DNA of 29,365 bases, from the IMG/VR virus record IMGVR_UViG_3300005805_000331, positions 1 through 29,365 of that record; one strand, written 5' to 3'. This stretch comes from a virus (taxonomy: Duplodnaviria; Caudoviricetes). The position numbers and the translations under genes were made by a program. Positions 25,286-29,365 of the stretch are shown piece after piece (the stretch's first letter is position 1; each line of letters begins with the position of its first letter). The notes beneath the pieces are model-generated. The model made no database searches. It worked only from the letters and a program-made list of their open reading frames with translations, and was not told the origin of the DNA.

Positions 25286-25318
25286 TTTGGAGAATTTCAA
25301 AAATAGTTCGTATCTTTA
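25286..25318 (+). promoter_or_regulatory. Probable Bacteroidota-type promoter
   Basis: TTTG-N21-TATCTTTA; upstream AAATAAATTTGGA is identical to the context of the 8179 promoter. Confidence 0.6.
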
Positions 25319-25345
25319 CGCCAATTTTAACCAAATAAAACCAAT

Positions 25346-26599
25346 ATGGTAGGTAATCAGCACCTCTTAGACCAGCTTCAGCAGATGTTAAACTGGAAGA
25401 AAAGCAAAAAATTCTACGCAGATAAACTAGGAATTACAGAAGGAGAGGTTGATGAACTACTGAAAGAACTGAGAAAGAACAGTGATAATATAAGAGAAGA
25501 AGCTGAAGTGGCTAGTTACATTCAGGCTTTAGAAGATACAATTATTAAGTTTGAGGAAGATCTTGTTAAGGGTACAGGAGAGATTATTCTCAATTCTCCT
25601 GAGGAAATCAAATCATTAGAAGATCTTATTGAGAAGTGTAAGATTGACACATCTAAATGGGACATCTCTAAATATGTACAGAACTATTGGGGAAACTCTG
25701 AACAACCTCATTGGCAAGTTAAAGCTTGGCTTAGTAAGAAGACAAATGAGCAGTTGTTCCAAGACTCGTTCATAGACTTCCTAAATAGTTATTCCCCTAT
25801 ATCTGGAGATGTAATGTCTCCAAGGATACACCCATCAAAACCTAACGCAGCTCTTGTAATTAACAAACAAGATGCTCATTATAATAAGTTTGATGTAGAT
25901 GGGGACAATAGTCTTGAGGGAAGATTTGCTAGAATGGCTTATAGAATAGAAACCATCCTAAACCAAGCTAGCCTATCAAACAATCTAGATAGAATAGTGT
26001 ATATAGTTGGATCAGATGAATTCAATAGTGAGTTCACTGGAATGACAACCAAGGGTACTCCTCAACAGAACATCAGTGGTTATCATGACTCATTCCAAGC
26101 TATATGTGATCACGAGGTGATAATGATTACAATGCTTCTTAACTATTCTAAAAATGTAGATGTTATTTATGTAGCAGGTAATCATGATGAGTTTGTAGGA
26201 TGGCATATGATTAACTGGTTACAAACCTATTTTAGAAATACAGACAGACTAACATTTGATTGCTCTCCTAAATATAGAAAGTATGTTAGTTACGGTGTGA
26301 GTGCTATGATGTTCAATCATGGTGATGCAATGAAACCAGCAAAACTAGCATCTATATTCCCTATGGAATATAAAGATGAATGGTCAAATCATGAGGTGTA
26401 TTACATCTTTACAGGAGATAAACATCATGAAGTGAGTCTTGATTTTAACGGAATTAAATTTTACCAGATTCCAGCATTCTCAAATGCTAAGAGTGGATGG
26501 GATGAAAAGAATGGGTACACATGTGCACGAGGTGAGGTGACAGCATTCCTAATAGACCATTCAGATGGAATGACAAACATATTCAAACAATATTTATAA
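25346..26599 (+). CDS. Calcineurin-like metallophosphoesterase with N-terminal HTH-like region
   Basis: DAH, GSD, GNHD, NHGD and GDKHH metal-binding motifs; YADKLGITEGEVDELL. Confidence 0.85.
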   Translation: MVGNQHLLDQLQQMLNWKKSKKFYADKLGITEGEVDELLKELRKNSDNIREEAEVASYIQALEDTIIKFEEDLVKGTGEIILNSPEEIKSLEDLIEKCKIDTSKWDISKYVQNYWGNSEQPHWQVKAWLSKKTNEQLFQDSFIDFLNSYSPISGDVMSPRIHPSKPNAALVINKQDAHYNKFDVDGDNSLEGRFARMAYRIETILNQASLSNNLDRIVYIVGSDEFNSEFTGMTTKGTPQQNISGYHDSFQAICDHEVIMITMLLNYSKNVDVIYVAGNHDEFVGWHMINWLQTYFRNTDRLTFDCSPKYRKYVSYGVSAMMFNHGDAMKPAKLASIFPMEYKDEWSNHEVYYIFTGDKHHEVSLDFNGIKFYQIPAFSNAKSGWDEKNGYTCARGEVTAFLIDHSDGMTNIFKQYL

Positions 26600-27324
26600 T
26601 GTCAACATTAAGAAAATTAGTTTCAGATGTACGCTCAATGCATAAGCTGCTCTCTACAGACAGTCTTATCACTGATAGAGCTATTGCATCTGAGATTAAG
26701 AATAATTCCCTTTTGCTCATCAAAAGGGAAACTAACCTAAGAAAGCTTTGGGCTACAGACACTGTGTTCACCACTATTCCTTGCTTGGAACTAGTGGAAG
26801 TACCTATTTCAGAATGTTGTGATTTTGCAGATCCTTGTACTGTGGCAAGAACTAAATTCAAACTTCCACGTATAGCAGAAGGTAACTATCAATATATCAT
26901 TCAGGGTGTTTATTCAATAAATGCTATGAGTGGTAGAGGAACAAAGATTAAGGAAATCACCATCAATAGATATGTAAACTTAATCAAGCTTCCAATTGTA
27001 AAGAAACAAGAATACTATTGGATATCTAATGGATATTTGTATGTGAGTAATCCTCTTCTACAAGCTATTAGACTTGTTGCTTTATTTGAGGAAGATGTTC
27101 CTAATGAGATTATGTATCCAGAATGTGGATGTGGAATAGCTCCAACAAACGAAGAGTGGTGTATAAATCCATTAGACAAAGAATCATTCTGTCCTGGATA
27201 TTTGGAAAAACAAGTGCTTGAATTAACATCTCAAAAACTACTCCAAACATATTTTTCACTGAAAACAGATATCACAGCAGACGGTCTAGATGGTCAAGCA
27301 CCGAATATTAAACCAACAAGTTAA
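26599..27324 (+). CDS. Putative tail ring/structural protein
   Basis: YYWISNGYLYV...IRLVALFEE; synteny with the crAss-like tail block. Confidence 0.6.
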   Translation: MSTLRKLVSDVRSMHKLLSTDSLITDRAIASEIKNNSLLLIKRETNLRKLWATDTVFTTIPCLELVEVPISECCDFADPCTVARTKFKLPRIAEGNYQYIIQGVYSINAMSGRGTKIKEITINRYVNLIKLPIVKKQEYYWISNGYLYVSNPLLQAIRLVALFEEDVPNEIMYPECGCGIAPTNEEWCINPLDKESFCPGYLEKQVLELTSQKLLQTYFSLKTDITADGLDGQAPNIKPTS

Positions 27325-27800
27325 TGAGAGTTAAAGTTGACTGGAGAAGCTCAAGTAGAGATAACTACAATAATTTTTGCAAAAACAATCCTTCCGTAAA
27401 AATCTCCTTTGATGAATGGAAGAACATCATTTATTCTTTCAACGAGTCTTTTAAGAATTATATATTAGAAACTGGAGAGCGTGCAAAGCTCCCTTCTGGA
27501 TTTGGTGAGTTTTCTATTAACAAAAAGAAGAGAAGGAAAATAAAAGGAGTTGATGGAAAAGAGTTTATCAATCTTCCTGTAGACTGGAAAAAGACAAAAG
27601 AGAAAGGAAAAATTATATACAACTTCAACTACCACACGGAAGGATATTTCTTTGGTTGGACATGGTTTAAAGAAACAGCTAGACTAAAGAATTCAGATTT
27701 GTGGTATTTTAAACCATCACGCATCACCTCTAGGCTCCTATCTCATTATCTAAAAACTGATGAGAAATATCAACATATTTATCGTGAGTATAAAAAATAA
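27324..27800 (+). CDS. Second HU/IHF-like protein
   Basis: ILETGERAKLPSGFGEFSI...VDWKKTKE, typical of crAss-like IHF homologues. Confidence 0.7.
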   Translation: MRVKVDWRSSSRDNYNNFCKNNPSVKISFDEWKNIIYSFNESFKNYILETGERAKLPSGFGEFSINKKKRRKIKGVDGKEFINLPVDWKKTKEKGKIIYNFNYHTEGYFFGWTWFKETARLKNSDLWYFKPSRITSRLLSHYLKTDEKYQHIYREYKK

Positions 27801-27803
27801 AGA

Positions 27804-28778
27804 ATGTCATACTATTACAAATACAACTTTACTAGTCCTGAGATTGTCTACTCCACTGTTAAAGAGGAACTAAAATCCTATTTTGATACAGGGGCTGTAG
27901 ATGATCTTATGTTTCCTACATATCTGGACAAGTGTCTTAGAAAACTAGGAAGAGCAACATATGTCATATCTGAGGATATACTAAATGTATGTGATTTTGA
28001 AGCTAGGCTTCCAGATAACTTTGTTGCTATGAGGGAAGCTTGGATGATGACAGAGATTCCTCAATATCCCTATCAAACAGCTAACTCATTCTACTCACAG
28101 GCATCTGATCTCACCACTATTCAGGTGAGTCCTAAAACAACAGATCATGCCTGTACTAATTTAGATTGTGGAGATCCTAATTGCTGTGGTGAATGTTGCA
28201 TGCCTGAAATGATACAAACTGTTTATAAAACAAACAGTCAAACTACAAGGTCTTATGCAAGACAGTATTTGCTTAAACCAGGAAACATTTCTGCAAAAGC
28301 ACAATGTAATCTTCCATATACAGAATCTTGGGCATTTGTTAACACCCCTCCTCCATTGAATGAGTTTACACCAGGATCTGCAGGATATGATTCATTTGAC
28401 ATTAGAGACAATAAGTTTGTCACTAATTTCAGAAATGGTGTTGTAAATATTATATTTTATGTTGCTGAATACGATGGACTAGGAAATCAAATGATTCCTG
28501 ACAACTTTCGTATTAGAGAATATATAGAAGCATTCATCAAATACAAGGTGTTTGAAACATTATCAAATCAGATTAATGATGAGACATTCCAACAAGTGCA
28601 ACAAAAGTTAGCTTATTATAAACAACTGTCAGAAGAAGCATTCATCATGGCTGACATTGAAATCAAGAAGCAAGATCCTTGGGCTAAGCAAAGAAGGATT
28701 AAAAACGATCTTAACAGGTTTAATATGTATGAACTTCCTAACCGAGTGTCTAGATATGGTTGGAGGAGAAACGGATAA
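27804..28778 (+). CDS. Putative tail tubular protein
   Basis: ARLPDNF...TNFRNG...MIPDN...EAFIKYK; precedes the stabilization protein; Cys-rich insert. Confidence 0.6.
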   Translation: MSYYYKYNFTSPEIVYSTVKEELKSYFDTGAVDDLMFPTYLDKCLRKLGRATYVISEDILNVCDFEARLPDNFVAMREAWMMTEIPQYPYQTANSFYSQASDLTTIQVSPKTTDHACTNLDCGDPNCCGECCMPEMIQTVYKTNSQTTRSYARQYLLKPGNISAKAQCNLPYTESWAFVNTPPPLNEFTPGSAGYDSFDIRDNKFVTNFRNGVVNIIFYVAEYDGLGNQMIPDNFRIREYIEAFIKYKVFETLSNQINDETFQQVQQKLAYYKQLSEEAFIMADIEIKKQDPWAKQRRIKNDLNRFNMYELPNRVSRYGWRRNG

Positions 28779-28780
28779 TA

Positions 28781-29365
28781 ATGGCTGATCAACAACAATC
28801 AAATATAATACAAGAGGGTAATGTAGCTAGAACTGGCTTGAACATGGATCAATCTTTGAACCAGGTTCAGCAAGGACAGCTCACCTATGCTCTTAATGCT
28901 TCTGTAGAAAACTTTGACTCAAACTCTGTTAACTATCAGAATGAGCCAGGAAATGAGCTATGTCTAAACTTTCCAGAAGACTATCATATTATTGGAGAAC
29001 ATTCTATTATTGAACAAAACAAACATATATTCTTCCTCACAAATCCTAATACAGGAGATAGTGAGATTGGATATATGGATAATAATGATTGCATCTACCA
29101 CACATACGTGAGTGGAACATGTCTTAATTTTAATATAAACTATCCAATTCACAAAGCTGTACATAAAATATCAAATTGTGCAACTGAAATATATTGGACA
29201 GACGGACTCAATCCAAGAAGATATTTAAATCTTACAGATGCTACAAGTTGGCAAACTATTGAACCTGGAACAAATGTTTGTGATAATAAGACAATTCCAA
29301 TATTAGATTGTAATAAATTAAAAATACAACCAAATTTTAGTATTCCAGAACTCACTGTAACCAAT
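28781..29365 (+). CDS. Tail stabilization/nozzle protein (P22 gp10-like), partial
   Basis: Read manually: MADQQQSNIIQEGNVARTGLNMD...YALNA...NEPGN...IYWTDGLNPRRYLNL, open to the window end. Confidence 0.75.
   Translation, partial: MADQQQSNIIQEGNVARTGLNMDQSLNQVQQGQLTYALNASVENFDSNSVNYQNEPGNELCLNFPEDYHIIGEHSIIEQNKHIFFLTNPNTGDSEIGYMDNNDCIYHTYVSGTCLNFNINYPIHKAVHKISNCATEIYWTDGLNPRRYLNLTDATSWQTIEPGTNVCDNKTIPILDCNKLKIQPNFSIPELTVTN

Noticed and set aside
24000-25345. Complete diversity-generating retroelement
   Set aside because: No reverse transcriptase and no template/variable repeat pair are visible in this window
3118-29364. Antisense and nested ORFs in the track (e.g. 3118+, 4458+, 6763+, 6834-, 7990+, 11164-, 17342-, 21038-, 28964-)
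   Set aside because: They shadow well-supported genes or structured DNA and lack leaders and protein-like composition
8257-29365. Stop-codon reassignment (TAG or TGA), known in some crAss-like phages
   Set aside because: Long genes are intact in code 11, and TAG/TGA end genes at sensible, coupled boundaries (9988, 10604, 15755, 19876)

Overview
A 29.4-kb piece of an AT-rich, crAss-like (Crassvirales-type) phage genome, standard genetic code, probably infecting a Bacteroidota host: host-type TTG-N19-21-TAnnTTTG promoters, no Shine-Dalgarno sites, A/C-rich leaders. It has two divergent arms. The left arm (1-~7940, minus strand) is an array of ~25 small, mostly unknown genes, including a MazG-like protein. 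Many are built as cassette-like units: a conserved leader motif, the ORF, and a hairpin that often contains the stop codon. Two structured non-coding inserts sit in this arm. A GC-rich zone of stem-loops and A-tracts (~7870-8230) marks the strand switch. The right arm (8257-end, plus strand) is the morphogenesis module: wHTH, HU/IHF, Zn-finger, terminase, portal, SPFH, scaffold-like protein, major capsid protein, Cys/Thr-rich structural proteins, tail-collar fibre, a FISUMP-domain protein with swapped halves, a metallophosphoesterase, a second IHF, and tail tubular and stabilization proteins. The most interesting unexplained signals are the candidate structured RNAs at 4741-4930, 18746-18878 and 25178-25236 (the last has a loop antisense to the phage's own leader motif) and the repeat-bounded early gene array. 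All family assignments come from motif recognition and synteny, not database searches.
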